DNA from: Cenococcum geophilum
Taxonomy: Eukaryota
DNA length: 64,000 bases
NCBI GenBank assembly: GCA_050273025.1
Contig: CP158635.1
Coordinates: 17,608,001 to 17,672,000, forward strand
Direction: 5' to 3'
In this document: positions 1 through 14,479 of the stretch, piece by piece
How the letters are laid out: every line of letters begins with the position of its first letter
Numbering within the stretch: the first letter of the stretch is position 1
The notes under the pieces: generated by a model
Told to the model about the DNA's origin: nothing
The model's database searches: none
What the model saw: the letters and a program-made list of their open reading frames with translations, nothing else
Made by a program: the position numbers and the translations under genes

Positions 1-3000
1 TCGTTATTTTATAGTTTAGCCTTTCTACTAAGTGCATCTGCTCTTACATTCTTAGTTCCTTTAGTGTACTAAATCTTAAAATAGTATTCTATAAGCATCT
101 CTGCCCATCTAACCTATTTTTAATTAAGTTCTTTTATTATTAGAAACCCCGTTAGGTTCTTATAATCCGTCTTAACTATAAATAGTTTCTCTATACCTTA
201 TAAGAATGCTCTCTATTCCTTAAGTGCTGTAACTATACCTAATAACTCCTTATTGTAAACGTTATAGTTTAACTCTAGTAGTGTTATCTTTCTACTATAG
301 TATACTACTAGATGCTATACGTCCTTATACTTCTATAGTAAATATACTCCTAGTACATAGTCTAATACGTCCGTTTTTACAACCGTATCTAGTCCTAGTT
401 AATAGATTTTAAGGATTAGCTCTTAGGTAAATAACTCCTTAAGTTCCTTAAACAACTTCTTTTACTTATCTCCCTATACCTATAGTTCCTCTTTCTTTAT
501 AAGCCTAGTAAATGGTTTAATATTCTTTAACTACTATGCTATAAACCTTCTATAGTAGTTACAAAACCCTAAAAATAACCTTAACTATATTACGTTCTTT
601 AGTTTTTGCTAACTTACTATAGCTTTAATCTTCTTTAGGTCTATACTAATATAACCTAGTTTAATAATAAATCTAACGAAATTAGTCTTCCTTGTGAAGA
701 ACTTGTATTTCTTAATTACTACTAGCATCTATTCTTCTTATAGTCTCTTTAAGACCCATTTAACGTGTTCCCTATATTCTTCCTTAGTTATTAAGTAGAT
801 AATAATAATATTAAGGTATACTATAACAAACTTATTAAGGTGTTCTCTTAATACACTATTAATTTGTTTCTAAAACGTTACGGGTGTATTTATTAATCCA
901 AATTGTATAACTAATAGCTTATATAGTCCTTTTCTTAACCTAAAGGCTGCCTTCTATTTATTACCTTCCTTAATTCTAATTTAATGGTATGCCCATCTTA
1001 GATCTATCTTTGTAAAGATTTACGCATTACCTATCCAATCTTAAATTTCGCTAATTAAGGGTAAAGGATATTTATCCTTTTAAGTAATGCTGTTTAACTA
1101 TTTATAGTTAATGCATAACCTAAGCTTTCTATTTTTCTTTAGTATAAATAGTACTAGATATCCTGCTAATAACTATAATGGCCTAATATATCCCTTTTAT
1201 AAGTTCTCCTAAACAAACTCTTTAAGTACGCTTAACTCCTCTTAAGTAAGCTTATAGGTTAGAAAGAACCTTAGACTTATTCCTAGTTCTAACTCTATTT
1301 TATAGTCCTATGCTATATAATCTACTAGCTTCTTACTTTCTAATAACTATAGCTTTTTGCTATACTTGTGGTATCTCTTTAGTATATAACTTAAGCCTTA
1401 CTTAGTCTCTTTATATATCGCTCTAACTTAGTACTATACTAACTTAGTTTACTATCGCATCTTATAGCGTTAAGTATCCCTAATATTAACCTAACCTGTA
1501 ATCTAATTAATCCTTAGATTGTATTCCTATAACTAAGGCATGCCTAATACTGCCTTATCCTGTCCTAATAGTAGGATATTAAAAAACATCTTAATTTGTC
1601 TTCCTTTAATGGTTATCTAAATAGGTCCTATTTTAAGATTAATAATCCCTCCTCCATAGGCTATTAGATCTCCTAAAATTATAACTAATAGGTAAAGTTG
1701 CTCCTTCTGTCTATAAGGTAATCCTATTTTCTTAACTGCTACTAGTAAGATATGGTTTTGCGTTACTCCACTATCTATTAGCGCTTTAAACTACTAATCT
1801 TACTAATTAACTTATGAATTTAGGTGTTGTCCTTAAATTCCTTTAAGGGTCTAAGGCTCTATTACTAGCTCCCTTTGGTTCTATAGGCCTCTACTTTTCC
1901 TAACTATTGGCTACTTAATCCTATTATACTTAGCTCGCTCTTTAGCTAATGCTTAGTTCGCTTTTTATCTTTAATATACTATAAATACGTATTCTCTAGG
2001 TATTTTTACTACTATTATCCATCTAAGCATTCTTCTATAAGGAATCTTCCTAGTTAAAGTATTAAGTCTCCTTCCTCTTAAACTTCTGCTAGATGCTATC
2101 TATGCATATACTTAGCATTCCTGTACTATTATTTATCTATTATCTAATATATCCTTACAGGGTATTTCTAATTCTTTTCCTTTGGATTCTTATGCATTTC
2201 GTATATATCGTCTATATATATAATCTATAATAGCGTATAGTATACTAGGTGCTTTAGGTTAACTCTTAGCTCGTCTTTATCCTTAAGTTTAAACCTTTAT
2301 TATGCTAATCTAAACGTTATAACTTCGTTTATAGGTACTAAGATGCGTCTCTCGCTTCTCTAATCCTCTAATTATTCCTTTAGATCCTTTAACGTTATAA
2401 TTAAGGCTCCTTTAATGTAAGTTATAGCCTTTTTTATAATTGGGTGATCTTAAATAACTTTTTTATCCAACTATATATAGAAATCTTCCCACTCATTGTT
2501 GTGTCGCTGCCTATACCACTTTTAGTACAGCTACTGGAGTGTATACGGCTTGTCCGTAAGGAAGTATCTTCTTATTACTATATTGTAATAGCCCTTAGTA
2601 TATTGTTCTTTAAATCTAGTAAAGATCCCTAAATCCTCTTTATCTTCTAGTTTAGTAAGCCACTTAGCTCTTAATATGCCTGCCCTAAGCCTATTGGTAA
2701 TCCTTCATACTAGCGCTCTGTCCCTAGTACGTCCTAATATACTAGATCTCTTATCTAGTTTCTATTCTTACTATACAATAATTTATTACCTAAATTCTTT
2801 TATAGTTTCTTTTAGTTTACGTCTTATACTTAGATCCTTAAAGTCTTTCTACTTCTTAATCTTGGTATCGATATTTTAATCTTTAGGCTAAACACTATAT
2901 TCCCCTAGTAAGTCTTCTAGGTCTATATGTCTATCTCCTAGTCTAGTTGCTATTTACGCTGTAGATTCTCTAATCTATAAAAAAGCCTCTTACCTCTTAT

Positions 3001-5288
3001 TCGTGGGTGTCTTTATTTATACTCTAAATTCTTAACCCTTTTAGATTCTTAATCCTGAGCTTACTTCTATCTTAAGCTTTACTCCAGCCTTAGTCCAACT
3101 AGGCTTTACTAGTGTTCTTATCTCGTCTTAAGAGTCTTAAATCTCACTTATCTCTTCCTAAGAATCTTATACCTTTAGGAAACTTCGTCCTAAGCTTATT
3201 TGTATATTACTAAACTAAGCCACTGCCCTACTCTATCGGTTATTATCTATTATAGGTCCTTAAGCTTACCTCATCTCGTCTTAAGAATCTTGGTTATCTT
3301 ATATCTTATCTTAAGAATCTTAAGCCTTTGGCCTTTTGCCTTTATTAAGTGCCGAAGTAGTTCGCTGCCCTACTTCTCTTACGTCTTATAAAGTAATAGA
3401 TATTATATCTAGTGGGGTCTTAATCCCTACTAATGTTCCCTATTCCATAGTAGAATTATCCTTTACCTCTTATATAATATCTCTTAGGTTTATATACTCC
3501 TAGTAAGCTACCTTTATTGCCTTATTAGTACGAAATATTTCGCCTATATTAAATTTATCGTCCTTAATATCCAATCTATAAACTAGTTTATTAGTTCCTC
3601 TATATTCTATAGGTGCTAGCTCTTATAGCTAATAGCTTACGCTATACTTAGCGTCCTTATAAATTTGGTATACGTTGTTATAACAAAACATAAAACTTTT
3701 AATTAAACACTCTTTTGTTCCTTGCAGTATATTATTGTCCCTTTATACGTATATATTGTCTGCTAGTCTTATGCCTTTTACTATATAGTAACTCTAACTA
3801 CTTCTACAGTCTCTAATATAATAACCCTATTTTCCGCAATTTATATAAGCTCCTTCTTTAAACTATTTTTCTTGCTATAGAGTCCGCCTAAACGTCTTTT
3901 ACTACTAAAATCCCTAGTTCGGCCTCTACTCCTTAGACCTTTAATTACTTAATCCTTATCCTCTAGGTTTCTATAATTTCTTATTCTATTTCCTAAATTC
4001 TTTAGTACTACTTAAGTCTATTAGCTCTACGCCATACTATAGTTTTTAACTTAGCTTTAGTCGTTGCGTACTTTACGCCTTATATAACTATAGAACTTTA
4101 TTCTAGCCTCTCTTAGCCTATTCCCTTTGGTAGATCTAATTATTAATTTTAATCGCTTAATCTATTAGTTCCCTTAGGGTGTCCGCATCTTTTATTAGGA
4201 TAATTATATTTTAGACTTTAGCCTTAAGTCCTTACTTATACTGTGCTATAAGCGCCTTATCATTCTACTTAACTTACGTCACTAATGTCTGGAACTGCGT
4301 TATATACTTAATTACTAAGGTTTATTACGTAATATTTTAGAGTTTTCTTTTTACTGTGGTTACTGCCTCCGGGTCTCTAAATATCTATATTAGTTATTCT
4401 GTAAACCCTTTTTAGCTTACAAATATAAACCATACTTCTTAATTAGTGGTCGTTATGCTATTCGCTTGTATTTCCGTAAGGTAAAGCTTAAACCACTTAA
4501 GTGCCCTTCCTAATAGGAATAGTCCCGTATATGCTATTTAATCTATAGGTATTAGTAGCTTTGCCCCTTTTTGCGTAACTTTAAAGTGTATTTATATAAG
4601 GAATCCTTTAAGTTTTAATCTTTCCCCTAAGTACCTTTTAATTAATAGTAGCTTAATCTTTGCTACTCCTATCCCGTTAATCCTATTTTCTAACGTTATA
4701 TTATTTTCTATTAACTAGTCAACTATCTCTTATAGTTGTCTAACCGTTATAGGTTACTATAAGTTAGTGTCTGCTATACTAGTGTCGTTACCTAATCTTA
4801 AAGTAGTTGCCGCCGTCAATAGCGTTATAGCTAGTGCTTTTAGTGGCATATTGTTTAACTTTATTAATACTATAACCTTAGTAGTAAATGTATAATAAAG
4901 CCTTGTAGCAGGAACTACGGTGAACTTATTAATAGGCTAGGTATATAGGTAAATAAGATATTAACAACGTAATAATAACTGGTAGAGTGGTTGCCTAATA
5001 GATTAACTCTAATTATATTCTAAGATTTACTATAAAGAAGAGAACTATCTAGGTAGGGACTATGGTCCTTTAAATACATAACCGCACTCCTAAGAAATCC
5101 CCTTAGTATGTAAGGTACGTATACTCTATCTGCTCTGTTATAGATCCTATAGATTATATAGATTATATAGATCACGTCATGTAACCTTAGTTACTATTCC
5201 TCATTACATGGCTCTATCGGCTCCATCCTAGACCGTGCTTGTATTAACCAACTAGCTTCCTTTAACTCCCTTCTAAGTAGTCGTAACA
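1..5288 (-). mobile_element. RIP-degenerated Ty3/Gypsy LTR retrotransposon, 5' part (5' LTR ~4904-5288, gag ~4300-4850, protease ~1500-1800, RT/RNase H 1-1300); continues beyond the window start
   Basis: Minus-strand remnants of Gypsy pol motifs (YPLPLI-like ~1050-1075, FGLINTPVTF-like ~870-905, RNase H DKELL-like ~240-260) with many TAA/TAG stops. LTR edge reads TGTTACGA on the minus strand at 5288; the inner LTR edge is approximate. Confidence 0.85.
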
Positions 5289-6160
5289 TTGTACTTAAAG
5301 CGTTCGTAATAAAAAATATTTTTTTAAGCTAATAATATTAGTTCTTTTAAATATAAAGGGTAAAAAATATTATAAATACCCTTAGAATTTATAATAGTTT
5401 TTATAAAATATAAGATCTAATATAAAGAGAGTAAATAGTTTTAATATATATATATATATATAATTATTATTATTATTAAAAGTAATAAAAGCTAGTATAT
5501 AATAATAAATATATAAAATATATTTATATTTATATTTAAGCCTTATTTATATATATAAAGATATATAGTTTTTAGTTATAATAAAGTAGCTTAAACTACT
5601 AAAATCATATTTAATAATAATTCTTAATATATTTTAATTATATATAGCTAGAATAGGTTTGTAATTAGTTATAAATATATTCTAAACGTATTAGAAACAT
5701 GTTTTAAATATATTAGAAAAAACTTATTATTTACCTTTATAGGATTTTATTTTAGTTTAAATAGGCTTTATAAATAGCTTAAACTATTAAAATTACTATA
5801 AAATAAGCTATAAATAGCCTATATAGCTCTTTAAGGTAATAATTATTATATAAAAAATATTTTTATAATAGATTTAAGATAGATATATAAGAAAAGATAG
5901 GGTGGATGGTAGGGTCAGTTTGGGAGGGGAAGGGTGGGGTTTGGTGTGGCGGGCGGAGGTTTCGCCTATCGGGCCGACCTTTTAGCGTGGTCTGGCCGAC
6001 CTATACGCACTCCTCTAACGCTAGACCGCAGCTCAAGAGGTATACTATGTTGCGTTATTATATCCTGTTATGCGTAGAACCGATACCCCCGTACATGTAC
6101 TAGCATACTAGCAGGGAGGGCGTCTGCCCCGTACGTGTTACCCCCTTATAGTCTAGTACA

Positions 6161-9100
6161 AGATACACCACACGCATACCTTTGTAACAGTTTGCCAGGG
6201 AGGATATTCATCTCGGACTTTCTTTTAATCGAATCCTAGTCTTTCGTTTAGCTAGTTCCCGCTGTAAGGCGGCCCCTACGGCCCACCGAACGAAGCCCCG
6301 GAGCCCTAATGGCTGCTTTAACCCCTAAACGCGTATCAGCAACACCACCTCTAGACCCGCTAGTAGCTCCACTAAGACGTACAAAGAAACCAAGCGCGAA
6401 GGTGCAAGAGGCCCAGCAGTCGCTAAGGACACGAGCCTAAATATTAGCATAGTTTAAATAGCAGACAACCGCACTATAAACCAGACTATAAGCTACACAG
6501 TATATACTACCTCTATTCCCTACAGTAAGAGTCTCTACCTTACCCGAACGTAAAGGAGGAGGTATTAATTATAACGAATTTTATTAACTTATCGAAAGCC
6601 TTAAAGAAACTATAGTATAGTAGAGCAATATTATTACAAACCAGAATAGCATTATTGAGAGCATTAGAAATAACCTTATAGACATTAAATCGGAACAGCG
6701 AAGCCTTAAAAAGCAAAACGCCGAACTCTAAAAGGCCATCTAGTCCTTATAAGCGCAACTAAATACTCCCTTAGCTCCAATATAATTATAGGCATTAGTA
6801 GCAGCCAGTGGAGGTATAGCAGGGTTAGAGATAACCTTGCCATAAACGATAAGCGCTAGGAACCCTAAGGAACCTAATTAGTAGCTAGTAATAGACGTTA
6901 GCTAAGCGGGTTTAGAGGCAATAGAGAGGGTAGCTACTACTAAAGCAGTAAAGTAAACTATTGCGTAAGGTATAAAGGATATTAAGGGGCTTACAGGAGC
7001 TATACTTAAGGACTTCTGCGTATAGCGAACAAGCGACAGCGCGAGCATTATTAGATTCTCGGTGGAAAAAGATAAAGAAGCTACGTTTAGGCAAACAACT
7101 GCTTAATAGCTTAAACCGCATATCCCTAGGGCGAGGCTTGTCGGACCTAAGTAGTATACAGTTAAGGCGGACTGGGTTAAAGTACCTTTAGCGATAGACA
7201 TTAACAGCGGAAAAGTAAGTAAGTTAGCTATAGAGCGCTTTAGGGTAGAGAATAGGGTAGAGGTATGCATAATAAGATAGCTAGGACAACCAAGGCCGCG
7301 CGGCTAGCACGCGTCGGTGATTATTAAAGTGGCAGTAAAGGAGGATATAGAGAAGCTGCTTACGTCGGACAACGTATTATTTGGGGGAGGCGCGATTATT
7401 ATATCACCATTTAAGGAGCAACGCACCCCTATAGCATGCTATAAATGCAGAAGGTTTGGACATAGGGCTAGAGACTATACGCGACCTAATACGTGCGAAA
7501 TGTGTGGGCGGGAAGGCCATCTCCGGTATAAGACGGTGAATCTACACTGCGTGAACTGCTAGGGTCCTCACCAAGCCTTATACTGTAAATGCCTAGCATA
7601 CAGGAAAGAGATGGACAGGATTCTTGTACGACAGCGCTATAAATAGAGAACTTTAGATCCTTTAGGCGAATATAAAGAAGTGTAGGGAGGCGCAGCATGC
7701 GCTATATAATAACGAAGCGCTGGCGGACTTCTACTTTATTCTAGGCCAGGAGCCTTACTGCTTTCTCTTAGATAGGGAAGTGGTGCTGGCTGGCTTAAAT
7801 CCCTAGTGGATGAGGTTCGTCCCAATGGGCAGGCAGCAGCGGTATCCCCTAGTTAGGTTATATATCTGGGCATCTAAAGAGCTGGTAGCTACACAGCTGT
7901 AGGTAGATTTAGCAGACATTATGGCGGTGGTAGCGCACGTTGGCTAAAGAAGACTTATAATTGTGTTGGTATATATTCTAGATAGATATTTAAGGAGAAC
8001 CAAGGAAGAGAACCTAGAGGAGCTCTCTAGCAGACTAGAGATAATTAATAGGCTAATCTAGGGTGAACTATTACGCGACCTATATACTAAGGTAGTAATC
8101 GCAGGTGACTTTAATCGGCATAATCCACTATAGGGAGGAAGTTATATTAGTACTATATTAACGTAGGAAGAAAGCGCGCTAATTATTAACTTTATGGCGG
8201 ACTGGTTACTCTAGAGCCTACTTCTAGTGGGAATACCTACGTTTAAAAGCGACGCGGGGCGAATATTAACAATTGACCTTATGCTTGTAACCCCGGGCCT
8301 AGCAAGTGAATTAGCAAAGTGCGCTATCTAGGAGTATAAGTACAGATCAGACTATAGAGCTATCTACACTAGCTTCTGGGTTGATATAGACACGCAGGAG
8401 AGCTAGGAGAGGCTGCTTATTAAGAATGCAAACTGGGATAAGATACGAGAAGACGTGGAGCGATAGAAAGAGATGGGATTCCCTATAGAAGATATAGACG
8501 AAATGGTTAACTGCCTTAATAGGTGGGTTAACAAAGCCCTTAAAGTATACTGCTAACGGGCCAGACTATTACCGTATATGAAAAGATGGTGGAACGAAAA
8601 CCTTATAACGCTGAGGAAGTTATACATATACTAGAGAAATAGGAATAGCGTAATGTAGAGGTAAGGAAGGGATGACCCTAAGCTATATAATGTCGTAGTA
8701 AGAGCGAAGAAGCTCTTCTATAGGACTATTTAGCGACATAAGAAGCTCCATTAGGACAAATTCCTTAGTAATAGTGACAATATATAGAAAGCATTAAAAT
8801 ACCTTAATCCGCAGGCTATATCCGCGTTCGCTAGAATACCACTAATTAAGAAGGATAAAGGATAGGGAGAGGTTATTACGGAGAACCACAATATTGTAAG
8901 AGAACTATTCCAGGTATTCTTTCCGGTCCCGCCGCCGTGCGAATAAGAGGAGGAAGCTATAACTAGCTATAACTAATTGCCATAGGAGCCTATCGCCAAA
9001 CACGAGGTTAAGGCAGCTATATTTAGGGCTAGCCCAGATAAGGCTCCTAGAAGGGACGGCCTACTAGCCAGGGTATAGTAAGAGCTGTGGCCCGTACTAA

Positions 9101-11886
9101 GTAGTGAGATTACTACTCTCTTTACCAAATTACTTAAGACAGGAAAGGTACCCTAGGAATGGAAGGTAGTAAAAATTATACTACTGTAGAAGCTAAAGCG
9201 GGGGGACTATACAGTAGCAAATAACTATAGGCCGATCTCCCTCCTCTTAACGCTAGGAAAAGCACTTAAATCGCTAGTGGCGGAGAGGATAGCATACCTA
9301 GTAGAGGAACACAGCCTACTACCTAAGACGCACTTTGGAGCTAGGAAGCAAAGGTTAACAATATATACGCTATTATATCTCTATAAGGACGTATTTAGAG
9401 CATAGAGAGAAAAGAAGACGCTGTCTCTAGTATTATTTAATATTAAGGGTGCGTATAATAATATAGCCATAGAGCCGGAAATTAGGAGATTATAGCAGCG
9501 TTAGATACCTTAGACGATTATATAATAGGTACAGGACTTTTATACAAACCGTTAAGCCTATATCCTAGTTAACGGATACATATTAAAGGTACAGGCGCTT
9601 CCGCAGGCGGGTCTCCCGTAGGGATTAGCACTAGCCCTAATACTCTTTCTATTCTTTAACGCGGATCTTATATAAAGCGTACCCAGAAATAGTAGCTCCA
9701 TAGCCTTCGTTAATAACTACTTGGTATAGATTATAGGCCCTACGGCGGAGGAAAACACGCAGATTATCTAGGGCGAGATTATACCAATGCTTAAGAAATG
9801 GGAGAGGACCAGTGGAGCCCAATTTAAAGTAAAGAAAACGTTATTTATCCACCTTACTAGATATAAAGAAGTAGGCAGGGATGCTACCACGCCGCTCTAA
9901 TTTAAAGGAAAAGGGATCCCCCCAACTTAGGAAGTTAAAATCCTTAGGGTAATCCTTAATAAGGAGCTACGGTTTAAGGCGCACCTAGTAAATAAGGCAG
10001 GCAAAGCCACTAAGGTGGCGCTAGCGTTGCGCAGATTAAAGGGACTGTAGTTTAAGAGCGTTAAGCAGCTAGCTAAGAGCTCGGTTTTACTAGTAGTAGA
10101 CTACGCGTCGCTAATATAGTACCCGCTTGCGATATAAGAGTTAATATAGCTCCTCTAGTAGGCGCAGAGGATTATAGCATAAGCTATTATTAGGGGGTTT
10201 TGCTCTGTTGTCCTGCTAATAGCGGAAGTAAAAGCTGGCTTGCTCCCTCTTAAGCAAAGGCTGTATAACCAGGCTATCGTGTTCTAGGTGTTAATCTATA
10301 AACTAGGTAAATTATATCCTTATTAGATAATTTAAAGATAGAGGCTCTATAAACGGCACCGATTGCCACTCTAGAGGATAGTAGAGATGTGCGAGGATAT
10401 CTAGGTAAATAGGGTGCTGGAGGTTAAACCGTATACATGCCTACCGTAGGTGGCTAAGCCTAATGTAGTAATATATAAGGACGAAGATTATGCTTAAGCT
10501 ATTATTAAAGACTATAAGCTAGGGCAGGTTAATATATACGTTAATACATCGGTGCGCAATAGTAGGGCAGGAGTTGGTGTGTATGCTACGCTATCTAAAG
10601 CAACGCTTTTAAAAACGGTGGCGAGCTCTAATTAGGCCAACGCCTACCTTATAGAGCTTCTAGCAATCAGCGAGGCAGCTAACTGGCCGTGGGACCCTAC
10701 GTGCACGGCTGTTGACTAAGTAGGTTTTCCAATACCTGCATCTAGTATAAGAATATTCTCCGACTTATAATTAGCGTTGCTGTTAGTATAGAGCTAAAGG
10801 GCTGGAGCCTACCAGGAAATAGTCGTAGAGATCTTAAAGAAGCTTTGGCTAAATAATGTCACGCTATACTAGATTCCAGGCCACTTAGGATTTATAGGAA
10901 ATAAGAAGGCCGACAAGCTTACCAAAGCAGCAACAAGACTAAAGAGCGAGGAGCCACTATAGAGAGACGGCCTCCTATAGTACCTTATAACGTAAGCGTT
11001 AAAAAGAGTTAAGATAATAATAGGACCGCTTCTATCGGGAAGATCTAATACGGGCAAGTTTACAAGAAAGATTAACGCAGCACTCCACCTTAGAAAGGCT
11101 GCAGGATTATACCAGCAGCTAATTAGCTTAGAAGCTGCTATCCTTACGCAGCTATAGACCGGTAAGTTATTTCTAAAGGAATATCTCCACAAAATTAATG
11201 CATCAGAGACGGCGTTATACAACTACGGGCTTATAGAGTTAATACAGCACTTCCTCTTCTTTTGTAGGAGGTGGGCGCAGCAAAGGATTAAACTAAGAGA
11301 GCAACATAGAGATTAATTTGGGGATCTATTATATGTATTAGGAGGCTACTTACGCAGACAAAAAGGAGGCAGGAATATTAACGGCCTAATTAAGCGCTAG
11401 AAGCCAGATATTAGCGTAGTTAAAGCTACAATTAAATTTATAAAAGAGACTAGACGTTTATACCTAAGCGTATAAGATATAGAGAGTATAGAAGCCGACA
11501 TTAATAAGCGAAGACTCTTAAGAATTTCTCCTCTAATTATCTAACCGAATACACCGCGAGCCTCCTCTATACGTGCCTTTACTGGTACATTGCCAATCAA
11601 GAAGCGCACAACGCTAGAATAGCCCTGCGGACACAAGGCATCGAAAACTACTTACTTAGGCTCGCCTCTAAACTCTAACTTTCTTTAATAGTAACACATT
11701 ACTTTCCTTTATTTTTTCCTTAGTTGAGTATAGTGTTAGGTAATAGATATATAGTTCTTATAGTTGGCTTCTAAACTAGAGCAAGCATGTTAATGGTAGG
11801 AAGTATTTAGTTAGCGCTCTGTAACGGCCCATACCCTAGATGGTGCATGGCCATAATAGAATATACATACATACATATATACATAC
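6161..11886 (+). mobile_element. Full-length Tad1-like LINE (ORF1 with CCHC knuckles; ORF2 with APE endonuclease, RT, RNase H and C-terminal zinc finger), RIP-inactivated
   Basis: ORF1 knuckle CYKCRRFGHRARD (7317-7562). ORF2 motifs AGDFNRHNP (~8101), SDYRAI (~8347), KAPRRDG (~9040), NYRPISLL (~9220), GLP.G..LA.ILF (~9610). (ATAC)n tail ends at 11886. 13-bp TSD atagtctagtaca (6148-6160) versus gtagtccagtgta (11887-11899) differs only by RIP-type transitions. Confidence 0.92.
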
Positions 11887-12106
11887 GTAGTCCAGTGTAT
11901 AGAGTCTACTTATCATCGAACACTCCAGGCCCCAGCCCCATTAGCCTCCTTCGCTTTAATCTTTGCATCATGGCACAGAGTCATGATCGCCAGGGCTGGC
12001 ACCCCCATGGGTAAATCCCATGCAGTCATGAATTATATCTCCAAAAATAATCCGTAATACTTGAGCCACAAGTTTCACAAAGCGGAGATCTGATAATACG
12101 TTCACT

Positions 12107-14479
12107 ATGGCTTCTCGAAGCTCGCGATCACCCTATAGAGACTTGCCGGGCATCTCTCCAGAAATTCCACCTGAAAGGTACGACCCATTCGATCCTCCTT
12201 TTGACCCTGTCGAAATGCAGAATTTCTCTACGCCCTCATGGGAACCCCGGGTGTTAGGTGAGGGACCTCAAGAACCCCAAGAATCTCAAGCAGGCCTTTC
12301 ACGAACGAGATCCGGGGCGTCTTTCGTATCGTCTCTCACAGGAGAGAGCTCCGGCCAAGCCGGTTACGCGCCGATTCCTCCCGCGCATTATTCAATGAGT
12401 CGAATGCCACCTCAAAAATCCGTCACCAGCTCTGGTAACACGTTCGGAACCGGCATAACACCCTCAAAAACGATAGATCCGGATACGCAAGCGTTGGTGG
12501 AGCGGAGAGCAGGGGAAATTGCGCAATGGCATATACACTGGGAAACACCTGCTATTATACTAGTACTCTTTGTGGCGGGCCTTATGGGTGCTGTTGGGCA
12601 TCATCTCTTTTACACGCATTTGGACGGCAAACCAGCAGTGGATCAGCTGCTAATGATCCGGTATGGAACGGCGCTGGCTTTCTTCACCAAGTCCACACTC
12701 GTGGGGTCAGTTGTTATGAGTTATAGGCAGCGGATATGGCATACCTTCAGGAAAAAGGCTATGACAATCAGCGCAATTGACGGACTCTTTGCAGTCACGG
12801 AAAATCCGACAGAGTTCAGGAAGTGGGAGATGCTTCGGAATGCGAAACTTGCATCTTTTATGGCGGTGGCTAGCTGGCTCATTCCTATTGCCGCAGTCTT
12901 GTCACCTGCCTCTTTAACGTCGGAAGTCAAAATCGTGACAAACAACACGCACTGCCCAGAAGTTGCGAGTCTCAATTTCACTCATGAGTCCGTATACAAC
13001 TTCAGAAATGGGGGCTACTACCCAGGATCATCGTTGGTCTACTACAACAGTACGGACGTCAACGCGACGCAACCGGGCTGGTTTGACTATTACGATCAGC
13101 CGTCGAAAATCGCGAGACGGCTTACCATCACAAGCGCATACCTCCAGAAACCAGTAAGCTACCCCGATGCAGCTCTTCAATCATGTGGCGACGGATGGAA
13201 CTGCACCTATACTATATCATTCCAAGGTCCTGGATATAACTGTGAGGAAGTGGCTAATTCTACGAACCCGAATAATGAAGGACTGCTTGCTATGCACGCT
13301 CCCTTTAACACATCGTCTCTCGCGCCAGCAGGAACCTTTATCTATTTGTCGAATGTCGATATGGGAGAATATGCCAATCCGCAAACTCCCACCAACAGTA
13401 GTGGTGAGCCTGCTGAAGGACCACCTTACCCCGAGAACCTAGGTGTATTTCTAGCCGAGCCAGTATTATGGATTGGCTACAGCATAAATACCACCATACC
13501 GTATGACCCGTCCTCGCCGTATTACTCACGCTGGGGTGCGGTACATGAACCGAAAATGTTCAAGTGCACGCATTACCAAACCAACTACACCTTGGAACAG
13601 CGTTATAAGGATGAGATTCAGAACTCGGTAGTCAAAAACCGCACATTCATCTCTCCAATTGTCGACACTACCGTCAGTCCGAACCCTGAGAATAAGAGTG
13701 ATCTGATCATCACCCCTAGCAACAACTACGTACGCCCGACTACAGATGTTGGCAAATATAAGCTGACCGCCGCCTACCACGCCATGGGGTCACTTCTCCG
13801 CAATTTCCTTCGCGGCACCATTAACCACGACTCTAAATATCCCCTCACCACGTCCGACATCTCAGAGACTCGTCTGATCGACTCCCGCACATCCTACCCT
13901 GTATCTGAACTCATGGGGAGCCTCCAATCATTCTACGAAGACATGATCATCACTCTGCTTAGCGAGCCGCACCTCATTGTTGCCTCGTCAGATTCTGTTC
14001 TGTGCGAAAAAACTCGGAGCGTGAACGTTTTCGTCTACCACGCCGAGGGCCTCTGGATCGGCTACGCGATCGTTGTCGTGTTCACTTTTGTCTTCCTGGT
14101 CGTTGGCGCCTGGTCGATCCACCAGAACGGCGTCGCGAGCGACACGCAGTTCAGCCGCATCATGGTTACGACACGCAATCCGACCATTGATCGACTGAGC
14201 GTTGGCGCTTGTTTGGGCGGCGACCCCTTCCCTCCGGAGCTGATCAAGACAAAACTGAAGTTCGGAGTTCTGCTAGAGGATGAGGAGGCACTGAATGTTG
14301 CAAGCAGAGGAGAAGGTCCGCTTGGGAGAGTGGAGCACTGCACGTTCGGGACGACCGGAGAGACCAAAGAGATTGTTAAATATGGGGTCTATGCGGGGTT
14401 GAAGAGATGGAGGAAGGGCGGGAAGGAAAACGCATTGAATGCGGAAGAGAAGGAGGGTCTTCTAACGAATCATGATTGA
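12107..14479 (+). CDS. Uncharacterised fungal multi-pass membrane protein with large N-glycosylated luminal/extracellular domain (resembles family often annotated 'formylmethionine deformylase-like')
   Basis: Intact 790-aa single ORF. Three hydrophobic segments at aa ~148-270 (GHHLFYTHLDG motif), many NxS/T sites, C-terminal TM segment followed by FSRIMVTTRNPT. Confidence 0.85.
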   Translation: MASRSSRSPYRDLPGISPEIPPERYDPFDPPFDPVEMQNFSTPSWEPRVLGEGPQEPQESQAGLSRTRSGASFVSSLTGESSGQAGYAPIPPAHYSMSRMPPQKSVTSSGNTFGTGITPSKTIDPDTQALVERRAGEIAQWHIHWETPAIILVLFVAGLMGAVGHHLFYTHLDGKPAVDQLLMIRYGTALAFFTKSTLVGSVVMSYRQRIWHTFRKKAMTISAIDGLFAVTENPTEFRKWEMLRNAKLASFMAVASWLIPIAAVLSPASLTSEVKIVTNNTHCPEVASLNFTHESVYNFRNGGYYPGSSLVYYNSTDVNATQPGWFDYYDQPSKIARRLTITSAYLQKPVSYPDAALQSCGDGWNCTYTISFQGPGYNCEEVANSTNPNNEGLLAMHAPFNTSSLAPAGTFIYLSNVDMGEYANPQTPTNSSGEPAEGPPYPENLGVFLAEPVLWIGYSINTTIPYDPSSPYYSRWGAVHEPKMFKCTHYQTNYTLEQRYKDEIQNSVVKNRTFISPIVDTTVSPNPENKSDLIITPSNNYVRPTTDVGKYKLTAAYHAMGSLLRNFLRGTINHDSKYPLTTSDISETRLIDSRTSYPVSELMGSLQSFYEDMIITLLSEPHLIVASSDSVLCEKTRSVNVFVYHAEGLWIGYAIVVVFTFVFLVVGAWSIHQNGVASDTQFSRIMVTTRNPTIDRLSVGACLGGDPFPPELIKTKLKFGVLLEDEEALNVASRGEGPLGRVEHCTFGTTGETKEIVKYGVYAGLKRWRKGGKENALNAEEKEGLLTNHD

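Noticed and set aside
2444..3391. Short hydrophobic I/L/Y-rich ORFs (also 30988, 32821, 34067, 57007)
   Set aside because: Chance frames in RIP'd AT-rich TE DNA.
5289..6014. Very AT-rich block ending in a GC-rich terminus (ggccgacct repeats), possibly a DNA-transposon end
   Set aside because: No partner TIR, TSD or readable transposase motif in the window.
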